From contig SMSO01000031.1 in assembly GCA_004764695.1 (NCBI GenBank), positions 6,120,761 to 6,184,760 on the forward strand: a stretch of 64,000 nucleotides of DNA, given 5' to 3'. Below, piece after piece: positions 21,601-35,250 of the stretch; position 1 is the first letter of the stretch; the number at the start of each line of letters is the position of its first letter. The notes below the pieces were generated by a model. That model did not search any database and was not told the DNA's origin. It saw nothing but the letters and a program-made list of their open reading frames with translations. The DNA comes from Schizochytrium sp. TIO01 (Eukaryota; Protista; Bigyra: Labyrinthulomycetes). The position numbers and the translations under genes are program-made.

Positions 21601-24600
21601 ACTTCTTATCTAGGTCTTGAAAAAAGCTCCAGGCGCCACTTGACTATAAACCTGAAAGCTCATGCATCAAGCCAGTTCATGCTAAAATCGTGGAGCGAGA
21701 AGATCTTGCAGTATAATACCAACCCCATAATAAACACAGCAAGGTCGAGTAACAACCCCGTCTCCGTCTCTTTTTTTCTCTGGCATTTTTTTTTTACTTT
21801 CGAAAGGTCGATTGATCAATTACCTTAGGTAGTAGTAGGTAATAAAAAGGAAGTTCACGTTTGAGGAAAGGAATTTAATTTGCTTGATGAGAATTTCTCC
21901 TTATTACAATGTACCAAGTAACATGAGGGGTGCAGAGATCATTTATTTTTAAAGACAAATAAGTAAAGAAACATTTGAAAACAAGTTGAATCAACCATAG
22001 TTATAATAATATTAACTTTATTAAATGTAGGTCTCAATAGGTCATACATAGGACAAAATAAAACTTAGCGATAAAATAAAAAGTTAAAACAGAAAAGAAA
22101 AAGATTTCCCTTTTGGTTGGAAATATTACATTTAGGAAAAGAGGAGCAAATAGAGAAACAACACGAATGAAACCACAAATCTCTATTTTGCTATGGGACG
22201 TAAATTCTTGCTTTCATATATAATGCGAAAATCTGTGATACAGTATATGGCATTGGGAACTACATATGAAGTGTTGGATATAAGCCAAAACGTTATAATA
22301 TGGCCAGTAATCGGACAAGGCAGAACCTATCTCCTTTTATACCTACGTATCAAAAGGTAAGATCAAATTATTATAGGTTTTAATTTAGCAGTATAAGAAT
22401 TTATGCATCGACAATCCATCCTTCGTTATCAAGACTACATACTCCAGTACCTGCATTATTTCAATAATCCTATCCGAATCTTTGTCATTGTAATATGTGT
22501 TCTCACCAGACCCTTTATTGAGGTTCATCCAATGCTGATTATGCGAAGGTCTGGACTAAACGTAAAAATTCCGTATGTATTATTGTCCAAGCTGCAAGCA
22601 ATTTGTTCATCAAGGATTGTGAGTCTATTTAGTGGGGGCTGGGGGGGGGGCGCTGTAGAGGAGATAAGAAATTTTGTTTTCTAAAGGCTTGGACAACAAT
22701 ACAGAACATCCAAAGAAATATAAATATGAAAGTGAAAGGGCCATGGGGAAAACATATTGTAAAGTGAAATGTCAAATTTTGTCTTATATGTTTGTCTCAA
22801 AAAAAGTTAGATTACAGCATGAAAGACGTTGTCTGAGGAACTTTCAATCTGATTTGAAATGAGATTTCTTACTATTGTACATAGTGAAATAAGTATATAA
22901 ATATTCTACATTTGTTTAGAAGCCCTGTTGATATGAAAATAAATTAATTTGCTTCTTCATTCAACTAATGGTGACAATTAGGATGTTTGAAGAGGTTTAC
23001 TTAATAATTAATAATTTCTTTATTATAAAAATTTGAACTGATCAGTGTAATTAGCATTGATGCAAATGTATTCCATCACAAATTATCAATATATTTCTTA
23101 ATGAATTGTATTGCTTTTTATGAGAGCATGAAATTTCTATATATATATATATATTAAAGCCATGGACATTTCAATAAGCTTGTATGAACCAGTTCCAAAA
23201 ACTAAATACATTCCTTGAATTATATGTATGAAAAAACAACTTCGTCCGAGTTGGATTAAGATGCTGATTATCAATTCTGCTCTACATCCTCTGATGCTTG
23301 TCTTTACGAATAATAATGATCATTGGCATTGTGTGCTCGAACGCTCAGAACGTTCGCATTTTCTCTGCATATCACTGCGACAATTACGTTTTGATATCAC
23401 AGATAATTTGCTCAACGAAAACCTGAGGGACCCTGCTTCATTCATACATAACAACACTCTTTTCAAATATGAAAGGATTTTCATACGAAAGCATACAGAA
23501 ATTATGGGAAGTTTTAAACAATGCTTGAGTTCATGAGCTCACAAGCCTATCGAAAAAGCGTCTGGAACATGTGCATTACGTAAAAGACTTAAAAACATTT
23601 ATCTATTATTAAGTATTACCCAGCTAGACTTCTTTACCAAATTGCTAATCTACAATATCTAAAAGCGGAGAGAATATTAATTAATGGTAAGACATAATGT
23701 ACTTGCCAAAAACTTTGAGCAGCTTATAGGTATTAGCTAGTAAGTTAGTTCGTCGGTTTCAGCCCTCGTAACCAGCACTTTCACAGACTATATTGAAGAC
23801 GCTTGACAGAAATAAAAATTGCCGTTCGCCTAGGTGTGGTCCTGGATTCCTGTATGATTAATTTCCTTATTTCATATAGTCAGGATATAACTCCCATTGT
23901 AGCTAATGCTCTTTATTTGACAGCGTGATTCGTGCATTGATTGATGCATAGAAAACGATTTGGTAAGGATGCGAATTTTTCCTCTTAAATGTCAGCTTCC
24001 CCAACATATTTTCATCGGATACTCAGCAAATCTTGCAAGAAAGCCAGATATCCAAAATCGAGGCTTTGATCTATTGTTCTCAAGCGAGGGAATTAGAAGC
24101 AAAGGATGATGAGATGAAACCATTGGATTTGGAAAGGCAGAGCCAGACTTATCGGTTTCTATAGTTAAAAAGGATCGAATATTCTGCCATTTACACCTCA
24201 ACAGTCCCATCCATCGAGAGCGTTCAATGACCGATGGTAATTTTAAGAAAGTTTTAAAGTGGGGGAACCCCTATCATGGTTATATGAAACGTGTTTACTT
24301 TACTTCATTTTATTTCTATTTTAATTAATTTAAAATAGCATTTTATTTTTAGATGGGTAGAAAAACTTTAATTATCTTTTCTGATCTTCAAATTAAACAA
24401 AACATGTTAAGAACGTTTGAAAAAGGGAGGAAAACACTCATAGAGTCATACTAACAGGCGTGACAGCCTTTATTCACATTATCTAAACCTACGTCCATAT
24501 TTGCACTATATATACTTCCCCAACTTTTTAAAAGCGTGTGTATAACCGGCTTTAGTGCAAATTTTAATTTTCATCAGATCAAACTTGTCTATTTGACACA

Positions 24601-27600
24601 CAAAAAAACTTAGATATAGCTACGGCGAGTGCAACTACGACAGAGCTGTCTCAATCGCAGCCCTGACACCCCGAAACTTACTGAAAATATAGTTCTTCGA
24701 TTCCTCTTTATTCTACTTTAGACTTTGCAATTGCAAGTTCAATGACCATAAAGTAATGGAAGCTTCAAGGAAGCGGAAGGTAAGCAGCAGTTTCGAGAGA
24801 TTGCAATCTGTGTTATGAACGAATTTGCAAAAGAAGCAGAAAGGCTATAATACACCATAACAAAAGAATGGTATGGTGTGTCTAAAATCTCAATTTCCAT
24901 GATCGAATCAAGCATCTCTGATGCAGTGATACCGATGTGAGTTTTGAAGTATTGGCGGTTATGACTGTCTTCGTTAGAGTGTATCAAGAGTGCGCTTCAT
25001 GCATACCGAAAAGCAAAATGAATAAAGTGAAAGACACTATTTAGGCAATTAAAAACATTTTTACTGTGATTTTTATTTATTTTTTAATTAGAAGAAAAAG
25101 TTTAGTCAAGCTTTGAGACTAGGTAGGCAAGTAAAAATGTCACCTCCTCTATGTGTAAAGTCCTGGGGCTGATCGATCGAACAAATCAAGTGTAAGCGTC
25201 GATTAGTATCCCTTTACTCGTTGGAGCATTGACACCAAATTCATACACAGCAGCTTAGTCAAAAGCTCCATAGATAAGAGTCGGGCTTCCTCACCTTCAA
25301 CAGTAGTAGTAATAGTAGTAGCACCAGCAGTAGCCTCTAAAGGTCTTCTCCATAAGTATCGTAAAGAAAAATTGCGTTGAATCCACTTGATATCGTCAAG
25401 AGATAAATCAGGTCTTCATGTCCATGTGAATGCATTATTGACGCCATTGATTTGCTACCTGCTATCGAACAATTCGTCCGAGCGATGGATAATCGATCGT
25501 TCTGCAAATAATCAATGCAAGCTTTATCTTGAATTCTTGTCAGAATGTAAGATGCCCTATAGCACTCCTAGCTGAGGTGAATGAAGTAGTACCTACTTAG
25601 TGGCAGTAGTAGATATTAGAAAATACATTTTCTTCACCTCGGAAACAGCAGAACCCTTTACCGACCCGCCTTCATCCACCAAACTGCCGACAGATAGGCG
25701 GAAGGATCACTTGGAAGGAGACCAGATCTTTGGAACAAAAGGGCTTATTTGGAGAAGACGTAGTGTTTTCTGTGCTTCCACTGTAACTACCAGGCAGGCC
25801 TTTGAACAAATTGATGTTGTTGTAAAAACTTGAGATTTTGGGAAATCTGATCCACATTTTGCCTTTCACTCGGTACCTACTGAAGTACCTACCAACCTAC
25901 TAAATTCCACGTAATGGAATATTACCATCTTAAGCTCATAAACGCGTCATTTAGGTCGTTGGCCGATGCGGACTGTGCACCGAGTGCCTCGCCTTACACT
26001 TCACACGACTATTCCACTGGATTATTAGAAATCAAGACAAGTATAGATGAATACGTTTTTCAAGCACCAATAATGTTTGCTTGGAATAGATATGGAATTG
26101 CATGATGATCTTGATTTTTGTTCTGCATTGTGCAATACTACAAGGTGCAGAGGGTTTTCAATGCACCTCTATTTTATATTTCACACAAGGTGCTTTCGGA
26201 GGTTGGTTATCCTTGCTGAAGGTTTCTACGGTCCTTCTCTGACAGCCACGCAAAGCTCAATAATAATAAAAATAGTTTTTTATTATTAATAGAATATTCT
26301 TATTAATGTTTTCATTAAATTTAAAATGATGAAAGAGATTAATTAAACTACAATAGAAAAAGATAAACGTATGAAAAAATTATACAATGTAATTCATAAC
26401 GTAGAACATCATATTAGTGAGCTGCAATCAAGATAACGACCAATACGGGATTGGAAACGGATAAAGGGTTTTAAATATGTGGCAACTATGGATGAACATT
26501 TCTGATAATCTTACCTAGTCAGAGAGAAGATGCGTAACATCAATACACTTACCTGTCACTATAGAAACCTACCTACCTGATTATTTGCTGGGCAAATAGT
26601 GGTACGGCAATACTCCTTGCACCGTTCCTCTGTTCCAAATGAGACTGTAATAAATTTTCTCTGAGAAACATCTATTTTCTCATCGTTCTTTTGTTTTACT
26701 TGCTTTTACTTTCTTTTTAAGTTGAAGGTAGGTAGGTACCAACTCGAGCTCTAGTGTTCTGCAATGCTATATTAAAAAATCAAAGAAAAATTAACTTGAT
26801 AATGAAAAAGTAATGCTGACTACCTTTCTTACTAGCCCAAGTAATAAAGACTTACCTACATCTGCATCAATGCTCGGCTCTCATTGATTTGATTTCCTTC
26901 AATTAACAAAACAAGTGCAGCTGCTGTTGCTTCGAGGTGGATGGAAACTTCCATTTTTATTTTTATTTTTTGCAGATGCTTTTTCTTGGGGATCGTAGAA
27001 CTAATCGCACAGAAAATCAAAACTAAAAGGAGACGAGGAAGAAGCCGCATCAGCCACGGGAAGAAGTTACCTGCTGGTACCGAATAGTATAGATTGTAGA
27101 AATAGGACGAGAAGACCCTTTATGACAGATTCTGTCGTAGATTATAGCTGCTGACCCTTTTGTTCAGGCAAAATCATCCTTGCCAACATTATAAAACTGA
27201 CGCGTCATTTATAAATGTCAAATGTCAAGTTGTTATCCTCTTGTAGTAGGTAGCATGAGAATATCTGAGTAATCAAGCTTGAAATGGAACGATATGCACT
27301 ACCAGTAGTATAATTTCGTTTCCTTTTTGTCTAATATGATTGTGTACGGCCGCAATGACAGGGTTCTTGTTTGCACATGTAGGTATTAATTAATCCAACA
27401 TTCTCGCTTAAAATTGGGAATTTCATGAGGAAAAAAAGTCAGTCGATACTGGAAAAGCCTCTTTCCTATGGGATTCCCCAAGAACTTCCACACGAGCTCC
27501 TTCATCTGCGTGTAGCTCTGGATTTCACTGGTTGAATGCATCACACAAATAAATAGCCTTTGATGTAGTTAGCATCTCACAAGCTGGTTTACAATTCAAG

Positions 27601-30600
27601 AAATGTGGAGATAACGCCCAGATTGAGACCGAAGTAAAATCTCTTGAGAACGGAGACACCGATTCAACGATTTTCTTCACAATATATCTATGTCTATTTC
27701 GCAAGTGTCATTGAACATGCTAAACTGTCAGAAGACTGTATGTTCTATCATATGATGCTCTTCGAAGGTTAAGGGGATGTTGATATTTTATCAACGGTAT
27801 TATGATGTATCAGGGAGTGTATGTGTGAATACTTCTGTTTCTTACGCACTTTAAACTCAAAAATACAAACCACCTCTCACTTGTATCGCAAGCATTCATC
27901 CATATTTAGATTGAAAAAGTTTCTTTCTCTTCTAGTACATCTCATGTTTCCAATGCAATGAGCTTCTAACAGTGAGCAAAGGTAATTCCCGTGAAGCTTT
28001 CAATTCTCCTCTACCTACCTTTCACATTGACCAGCATATGTCTGCTTCTCAGCACAACATAAAGACATGGTGGGGTGTTACCTACCTAGATGGCCAGCTA
28101 CATGGCCAGCAAGCAAGTGCTTTCCGATATTCAATGCAGTTCACCACTGCCACCAAGGCTAGCTCATGATGATACGGGCCCTCCTTACGAAACCTCAATT
28201 TTTCTGCAACTGCTCCAACTTGCAGCTGCACCTTGCATCGGCGGGTCCAGCGCTGAGCGAAACTCGTAAGAGAATCGAGGACCTGGAGTTATCATCCTGC
28301 AAGCTATTCTACTCCTGGCTCCATCGACCTTCCTGGTCGCAAGTTTTCGTAAGGAGCCGCACGCCAATTACCAGGCAGCCTTTCGAAAATACTAATTCTA
28401 TACTCATACTAATTATTATTATAAGAAAATCAAGATTACTCTCTATCTCTTTGCATCTAAGTCTCCATTCCACATAAGTTTATTGTGTAAGTATGAAGAT
28501 TTGGAAGTAACGTGAAGATGGGAACCAAAAGTATTTTCCTTTTAAAAATATACTTATATGATAAAGACAAATTTGAGAGGACTTTTGTTTTTCAAAGCAA
28601 ATCTTTCTACCTTCGAAAATAAATAACTAAATAAGACTGAAAAGGAGAACTTACATAAGTCCAGGTTTCGAAGCAGAGTGGTTTACAGTTTTATAGCTGT
28701 CAGTACCTGCAAGAGCTGCCCGTCTGTCATCCGTCAGATGGAAAGCGAAGGTGTAGAGCTATCTCCATATCTTTGTATAGGCTATGTCTCAAAAACATTG
28801 AACATTCACAGTACACATCGGCAGCAAATATATACCGCAATCAAGCCCTTGTAGATATAACACATTCTCGAGACGGGAGCGGCCACGACAGTCTTTTTCT
28901 ATTAGAAATCAACAAATTTCTTTTTCTATTCTTCGATTTAACTTTAGCCTGTAAACACCAGCCGTTCCGTTTTGTTCTGTTTGAAATATTGGCATCGTGA
29001 CAAGCGGCATATAATCTTATTTATAATTAAACAAAAGGTGGGGTAGATAATAGTAGTTGGTAGAAGTAATAAAAATAAAACCTGCCGCAGAAATAGGTTA
29101 CTAAATTTTTATGATATTAATACACATACATATTTACACATACTTAACTTCAGTTCGAACTGGCGAATAAAGAACGTCACAAAGAGTATCAACAGCCAGT
29201 AGCAACTAAGGATGATGAAAGCAATCAACACGTCATCTCCTGTCACGAAAGCAAGAAGAAAGGAAGGAATGAAGGTAGCCAATCTTGGGTTCGTCGTCGC
29301 ATCTTGCAACGTTGAAACAGCAGCACAACATTCAACTGGCTCAGCGGAAAGAGGAACTGGTACCTCAGTCAGGTTCAAGCGGGGTTTATCCGTTTTGAAG
29401 TACGCCAATTGTGCTCCAGCTGTCTAGATTTACATGGGTTTACATGGCCAAGCGATAAAAAGCAGAAACAAAACATCCAGTTGCCTTACAAGTGCGCAAG
29501 TACCCAGGTACATACATTCATACATTCATACATTTATACACTCATCATGCCGACGATCGTTCTGTGTTTGTTTATACAGCCTGAGCTGTGCCGCTCCTCT
29601 TCGGAGGAATCCCGGCAGGCGGCCGCTGACTAAACGACTGATTGCGACCGCAGGCATCTTCCCCAACATAGCGCCGCTCCAAATTGGCGCAAGCAATCAA
29701 GCTCAAGGCACAACGCCGCTTCGGAAGCAGGCAGATAAACCGATTCGTTCGCTCGCGAGAACCAGAAGCTGAGGACCCAAGAACGAACTTGAATCGGGAA
29801 ACCCATAAGCATGCACAGACCGTGAGTCGTGGTGCTCTGTGCAGATTTGCAGTGCTCAAGTACTTCGGAGAGCAGTTGACTAAATACCAAAGGACCCATA
29901 CCGAGCGAGAGCTTTTTGACAACTCGAGCCCATAGAAGGTGACTTGCGTTGCGTTCAACTTGAAGAGGAGGGAGACCGCTTTCACTTGAGCAACCTAGGT
30001 CGAGTCCGCCTGACCTTGATTTCTGCGGTCGAGGGTCCATGCACGTTTATTTTGGCTTTCCATAAAATGTTCTGGTTGAAAGCTACAGTGTGTGAGAGTG
30101 TGTGAGTGATGAGAAATCCATCGACTGATTCTTCGTCGAACTTCGAAATCTCTTTCACTTTGTTTTAGTTCACTTATTATTTTTCAATTACAGGTTATCT
30201 ATTTATAGATGAATTCTTAATTAAAATTAAAACAAAATGTATACGTATGCCTATACCAACACATACCATATTCTTTCTTTCTTTCTTTCTTTCTTTCTTT
30301 CCTTATCTACCTACCTGCCTCCTACCTATTGAGCGGCTCATCATCCGTCGTCCTCATCATCATCGCAGTGAATGGAAGACAAACGCAAGCTGGAGTTCAT
30401 CGTGAGCATCATATATATATCAACTCTTGAATCGTTTGAACTGTTGATTTGTTGCTCTGTGTAGTCACATGTTCGTCACGATCGAAAGAACCTCTCTTCT
30501 TCAGCCTGGTCTGTTGTAGGCGACTTCGCTTCTGTATCATGATTTACCTACAAGTTTATGTATCTATTTGACTATTTGACTATTTGATTACCCCTTCGTG

Positions 30601-30814
30601 TGTTGTTCCTCAAGTAATCTGCGGCGAATATATTCGTCGTCAATATATCGTCGACTCATCGAGTAGTAGTCCTCAGATCTACAAATAGAGAAGACGTTCA
30701 GTCGCCCTTTTTCAATAAAAGGCAAAGAAACCAACGTTTGCAGGTAGTACTAGTTTTATAAATGATTATTTAATTCCACTCATTTGCTCCTCTTCTCACA
30801 AACCGAAGTTCCAC

Positions 30815-30815
<1 letters not shown>

Positions 30816-30887
<72 letters not shown>

Positions 30888-30935
30888 TAATCAATCAATC
30901 AATCGATCACTCGCTCGCTCGCTCGCTCGCTCACT
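30816..30935. repeat. Compound microsatellite (AATC)n-(TCGC)n
   Basis: Directly visible. Confidence 0.95.
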
Positions 30936-32430
30936 CGTTCATGATGTTGATTCACTCGCTCATTCTGGTTGATTGTCTCGCCGTTCGTTCGTTCGTTCGT
31001 CTACTTCACATGGACTCTGTTGAAGACTCAGTCGCCTCATTGTCGCCCTTTAGGTTCTCTCTTCTAATTGCTCTTCTTTCGCCTTTCCTTTCCTGACTTT
31101 CTGTTGTTTCGTTTCCAATTAATTTCGATGTTCGAAATGAGTTGCATAAAAACAAAAACTATTTATTATCAATTAATTATTCATTGAATACTTGCACAGT
31201 ACGCATATGATAAAAGATGCTGTTTTTCTAGTTCCTGTTTCGTTTCCTTTATTTCATTAAAAACTAACAATATTAAAATAAACATAACATTATCGATCTG
31301 AAAGAACAAAGCAAAAACAGTTTTATACTTAGTAATCAAATAAAAGGTTTCAAAACTGTTGTTTTTTCTTTGAAAACAGTATAATTTTCAGGCGTCTCTT
31401 CCTACCAGCACCCCTCCTAGGAAGATACTTAGCGTAAACTTAGCAGTGGAGCCATCTTGTGCAAGAACGTCACAGTTTGTAAATCTAAATCTTCAATCAA
31501 CTCGGTCCTTCCGTGGCCAAGCCAACTCGCCATTGCCCGCGTAGCTAGCCCACGTGTTGCGTGGATTGTGCCTGCATCGCACCGCCAAGGCCTTCAGAGG
31601 CACCGAAGTCTCCTGTCAGCCGAAAGCGAAAGGTCTGTCGCAGGTTCGAGGGCCTGAGAAGAGGAGGACTGGATCACTGCTGTTTTACCTTTGCATTTTC
31701 AGACAGGCAAACCTGGAACTCGTTGAGCGCATCGAGGAGTAAACCCGGAGGTCTGAAGGGAGTAGCTAGCTAGCACGCCTGTCACCCACTCGAGGTTGAA
31801 TAGCATATTCATTCACTTGTGCCACTCAAGGCGCTTGCCAGGGAGAGACCGCTTGCCTGAAAGCTTGTCGCTCGAGTAGGTCAGGGTTCCTCAGCGGGAG
31901 AATTGTTGTTTGATTCATTCATTCACTCATTCATTCATTCACTCATTCTTTCTTCTTTCAATAGTATTACCTTTTACCTTCTCTTTCTTTCTTTTTTGTC
32001 GACGATCCACTCAATAGAAACGAGAACGACAGTCACTCGCAAGAAGGGGGTTTATCATCTAGCTGGGGGACTGCGCAAATTAATAGTCTTGGTTCGCTAG
32101 TTTGTGCTTTTCGTAGACTGGTTAACACCCATACAAGCAAGTGAAGGCGGGTGGCTCACTCTTTCGGGCAATATTATTAACGTGGGAAAGAATAGGAAAA
32201 TTTACTGCTCGATCTAAAATCTTGGTTTTTCAGAACGCAAAGCAGCACGAGATCAGCCTCCACTTCTGAATTTTAACTCTTATCTGTAAGATCAATAGAA
32301 GTTAAAAGACGATCAACAACGTATTTGTGGCAGCCGACTAGATCACAGATAACATCTGCAACAACAATATTCAACAAGCAACAACACTACTGTCAAGAGA
32401 ACGGCATTACGATCAGCTTGTGCTCTTCAG

Positions 32431-32538
32431 GTACCAAAGATTCAATTCTCTCTCTCTAACTTTCTTTCTTGAGTCTTTCATTGAAGACAAAGTTTGTATA
32501 TACACTCTATATACACTCTATATACACAAATATCGCAG
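32431..32538 (+). other. Probable 5'-UTR spliceosomal intron (108 nt) of the second TF-like gene
   Basis: CAG|GTACC donor, pyrimidine-rich interior with a CTAAC motif, TCGCAG|GT acceptor, and the first ATG 54 nt downstream (32592). Confidence 0.55.
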
Positions 32539-32591
32539 GTGCTGTCGTCAAGGCGCGCTTGCAAACCCCATACAGCTGGTCTGCGCAAGAC

Positions 32592-33665
32592 ATGGACAAC
32601 GACAATATACGCCAAAAGAGGCAAGCGAAACTGACAACTGGAGCACCACCAGCTCATAGCTCTGGCCTTGAGGTTATACAACAACCCTTCTGTCACGTGT
32701 ACAAGGACGAAAAGGAGGGCAGTGTTCAAGTTGTGATTTTGCGATTTCCTAAGGTTACATTACAAAATGTCAAGATTGAAGTTGCCGTGCGCCGCAGCTT
32801 CGACGATGAGGAAGAACAATGTTTTGCAGCACAACTTGACTCAATGGATGACGTGCTGTGGTCGCAAACCATATCCTCAGACAACAAACCATCGTCTGTG
32901 ATGAGGTTTCTACGTCTTACCATCACACGCCATGCAGCTCAGAACCGACTTTTTCTGCTCCAACTTAAAAGCGATCGCAAACAGAAAATTGGTGACAACA
33001 AGCAGCTCTATTTGCGTATACGACTTTGGAAAAATGACGTCGAGCTGGGCCAGGTCTCTACGAACGATTGGGTCATGATGAGCAAAAAGAAGGGCACCAA
33101 AAAGAAGGACCGGACGGGGCGAGCCCCCGCGTACTATCTCTATTTGTCCTCCATTGCAACGCGATTTCGCCAGGGATCTCCAATTGAAAGGATTTCTCCC
33201 CAAATCACGTATGAAATTGAGCGCACCGTCGGTATCTACAGTGCGAAAACACGGGAAACATTGGCTGACGACTCCACTGTACCGATCGCGAGCTCTGCTA
33301 CTTCTGCTTCTGACACAATCAAGAATTCCGAAACTAGCAATGAATCAACTATCAAAGAGGAGCCCGAGGAAATGAGGAGCGAGGCAGGGGGGCCTGTACA
33401 TAAAACATGTAGTGACACGAAAGCCCTATCTGTACCAACCTCTTCAAATGCTGCAGAAGAAGACACGAGCCGGTTTGGCTCTAGCTCAAGTTCTAGCTCA
33501 AGCAGTAGCTCCTCTAGCTCAAGTTCCAGTATGAGCAGTACAGTAAGTGGAACAAAACGTCCGCTGGGTGCGGAGGTTTTGAACGATTCCACCCCAAATG
33601 AAACCGAAGCAATGAAGCGACTTCCGCCGCTGTCGAGGCGATTCTTTTACTATATATCAACGTAA
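32592..33665 (+). CDS. Putative Ig-fold transcription factor, paralogue of 5248-6459; N-terminal part (DNA-binding domain plus Ser-rich linker)
   Basis: ATG at 32592 (MDNDNIRQKRQ). The domain LEVIQQP..VYKDE...STNDWVMMSKK...F.QGSPI....P matches the 5.2 kb protein. It probably continues into 33616-34737 through a +1 frameshift. Confidence 0.75.
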   Translation: MDNDNIRQKRQAKLTTGAPPAHSSGLEVIQQPFCHVYKDEKEGSVQVVILRFPKVTLQNVKIEVAVRRSFDDEEEQCFAAQLDSMDDVLWSQTISSDNKPSSVMRFLRLTITRHAAQNRLFLLQLKSDRKQKIGDNKQLYLRIRLWKNDVELGQVSTNDWVMMSKKKGTKKKDRTGRAPAYYLYLSSIATRFRQGSPIERISPQITYEIERTVGIYSAKTRETLADDSTVPIASSATSASDTIKNSETSNESTIKEEPEEMRSEAGGPVHKTCSDTKALSVPTSSNAAEEDTSRFGSSSSSSSSSSSSSSSSSMSSTVSGTKRPLGAEVLNDSTPNETEAMKRLPPLSRRFFYYIST

Positions 33666-34737
33666 AGCTTCATTTCGTGCAGAGTGGAATGACGAGACTC
33701 GCCCTCGGGCCAATTCTGAAGAGGCAAGTCACCATCACCACGAAAATATATCTGCACATGAAGCAGATGAAGTGCTGAATCTGGGTATTGAAGATGTGCA
33801 CACAGCTGATCTTGAATTTGACCTCCCCACAGAAAATAATCAACAAATGAACGAAGGAACTCAACGCCCCCGACATGGACATGGACATGGACAATCGCAG
33901 CAAAGCCACGTGTTTGCGGCCCTAGAGGCACGAAGCGATACTCAACCTCAGGTGCAGCAGCCAAGTCTGTACACCTCAAGTTTGTATCATCATCGTCACG
34001 CCCCTCCGCCGCCGCCGCCGCCGCTGTTGCCGGTACCGAATGCTTCGCTTCTGGAGCAACGGCGCCATAAGCAACAAAATCTTCGTCACCAACAACTGCA
34101 GCAACCACTTCAGGGAGTCACATATCCCGCTGGTATCCCGCCGTTTGGCTCGGCCAATCTGCGCTTACAGTCCATGTCCTTTGATGGAGAAGATGATATG
34201 GTAAGCACATTCCCAGACCTCCTAGAGCCTTCGTCTTGCTCTCCTAGCAATCAAGACGAAAGCAAGGACCTGGCCGAGACCCCTGGCGCTGTACGCAGCA
34301 ACTTCTATACGAAAAATACTGACCTCCCCCCTCTACCGACCTTGTTTCACACATGTGACGAACTTGGTATAAATGATTGGCAAAATTTTCATCAACAGCA
34401 GGATTCGCATCATATCCACCAGCATCAACAACCTTATGGAGAGCCCTATTTACCTTCACACCAGCAAGTCCAACATCGTCAACACCGACAACCTCCTGCA
34501 CGGCATCTTCCGCAACAAGTGATCCAAAACCAATCTCAAACTAATCACAGCCACTTCCAACTTCAACATGAGCACCAACACCAGGAACACTTGCACCAGA
34601 ACCAGCATCATCTGCACCAGCAACAAACACCACAGCATCACCAGATTCAACAACAGCACGAGCATCACTTTGCTCAAACAGGTACGGATACTGGCGACCA
34701 GACCCTTTTCGAGTTTCTTCATGACCTGAATTTGTAA
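33616..34737 (+). CDS. Gln/His/Pro-rich C-terminal half of the same TF-like gene (+1 frame)
   Basis: The frame is open from 33616 to the TAA at 34737 and overlaps the upstream ORF by 50 nt. Its Q/H/P-rich composition and terminal acidic-hydrophobic motif (QTLFEFLHDLNL) are typical of activation domains. Confidence 0.7.
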   Translation, partial: SDFRRCRGDSFTIYQRKASFRAEWNDETRPRANSEEASHHHHENISAHEADEVLNLGIEDVHTADLEFDLPTENNQQMNEGTQRPRHGHGHGQSQQSHVFAALEARSDTQPQVQQPSLYTSSLYHHRHAPPPPPPPLLPVPNASLLEQRRHKQQNLRHQQLQQPLQGVTYPAGIPPFGSANLRLQSMSFDGEDDMVSTFPDLLEPSSCSPSNQDESKDLAETPGAVRSNFYTKNTDLPPLPTLFHTCDELGINDWQNFHQQQDSHHIHQHQQPYGEPYLPSHQQVQHRQHRQPPARHLPQQVIQNQSQTNHSHFQLQHEHQHQEHLHQNQHHLHQQQTPQHHQIQQQHEHHFAQTGTDTGDQTLFEFLHDLNL

Positions 34738-35250
34738 ATTATGTATTTGCTCCAAGATGCCATGCTTCAAAATTAAAAATCAAGCACTTGGCACGGCAGT
34801 TAACTTTTTAGATATAGTACCAAGTTCATTCTGACAAATCCAAACCTATATGACCCACAACATGCTATAGCTAGCCTGATTAATTTTTACTTGCGTTTAC
34901 ATTTATCTACTCATCCCAACACCTATAATTTCAGACATAAGTTTGGCAAACTAACCGTTTATTTATGTGGCGATGAAATGTTGCTGCAATGGTCATGTTA
35001 TATCCTATCGTTCAATAAAGCTTCTCATTTACATAAACTTACTCTTTCCTCTGATTATATCAGCAACAACCCCTAAGAATATAAAATAGGAAGATACTTC
35101 AATATTTTTTCCAAGAAATATAACATTCAAAGAAAACATTGTACTCCAGCTACAAAAGAACCTCTTGTCAGGAGTGTTCTGATTTCACAACGAAGTCTCC
35201 CTCAAGGTCAAACTCGACGAACAACTAATAATAGATGCAAGTCTATCTCT

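Noticed and set aside
29109-30040. Cluster of overlapping 70-137-aa ORFs
   Set aside because: Overlapping in several frames on both strands with no motif or codon signal; cannot be supported as coding.
31600-31660. GGTTCGAG B-box-like motif suggesting a tRNA
   Set aside because: T-loop spacing is wrong, and no cloverleaf or acceptor stem could be built.
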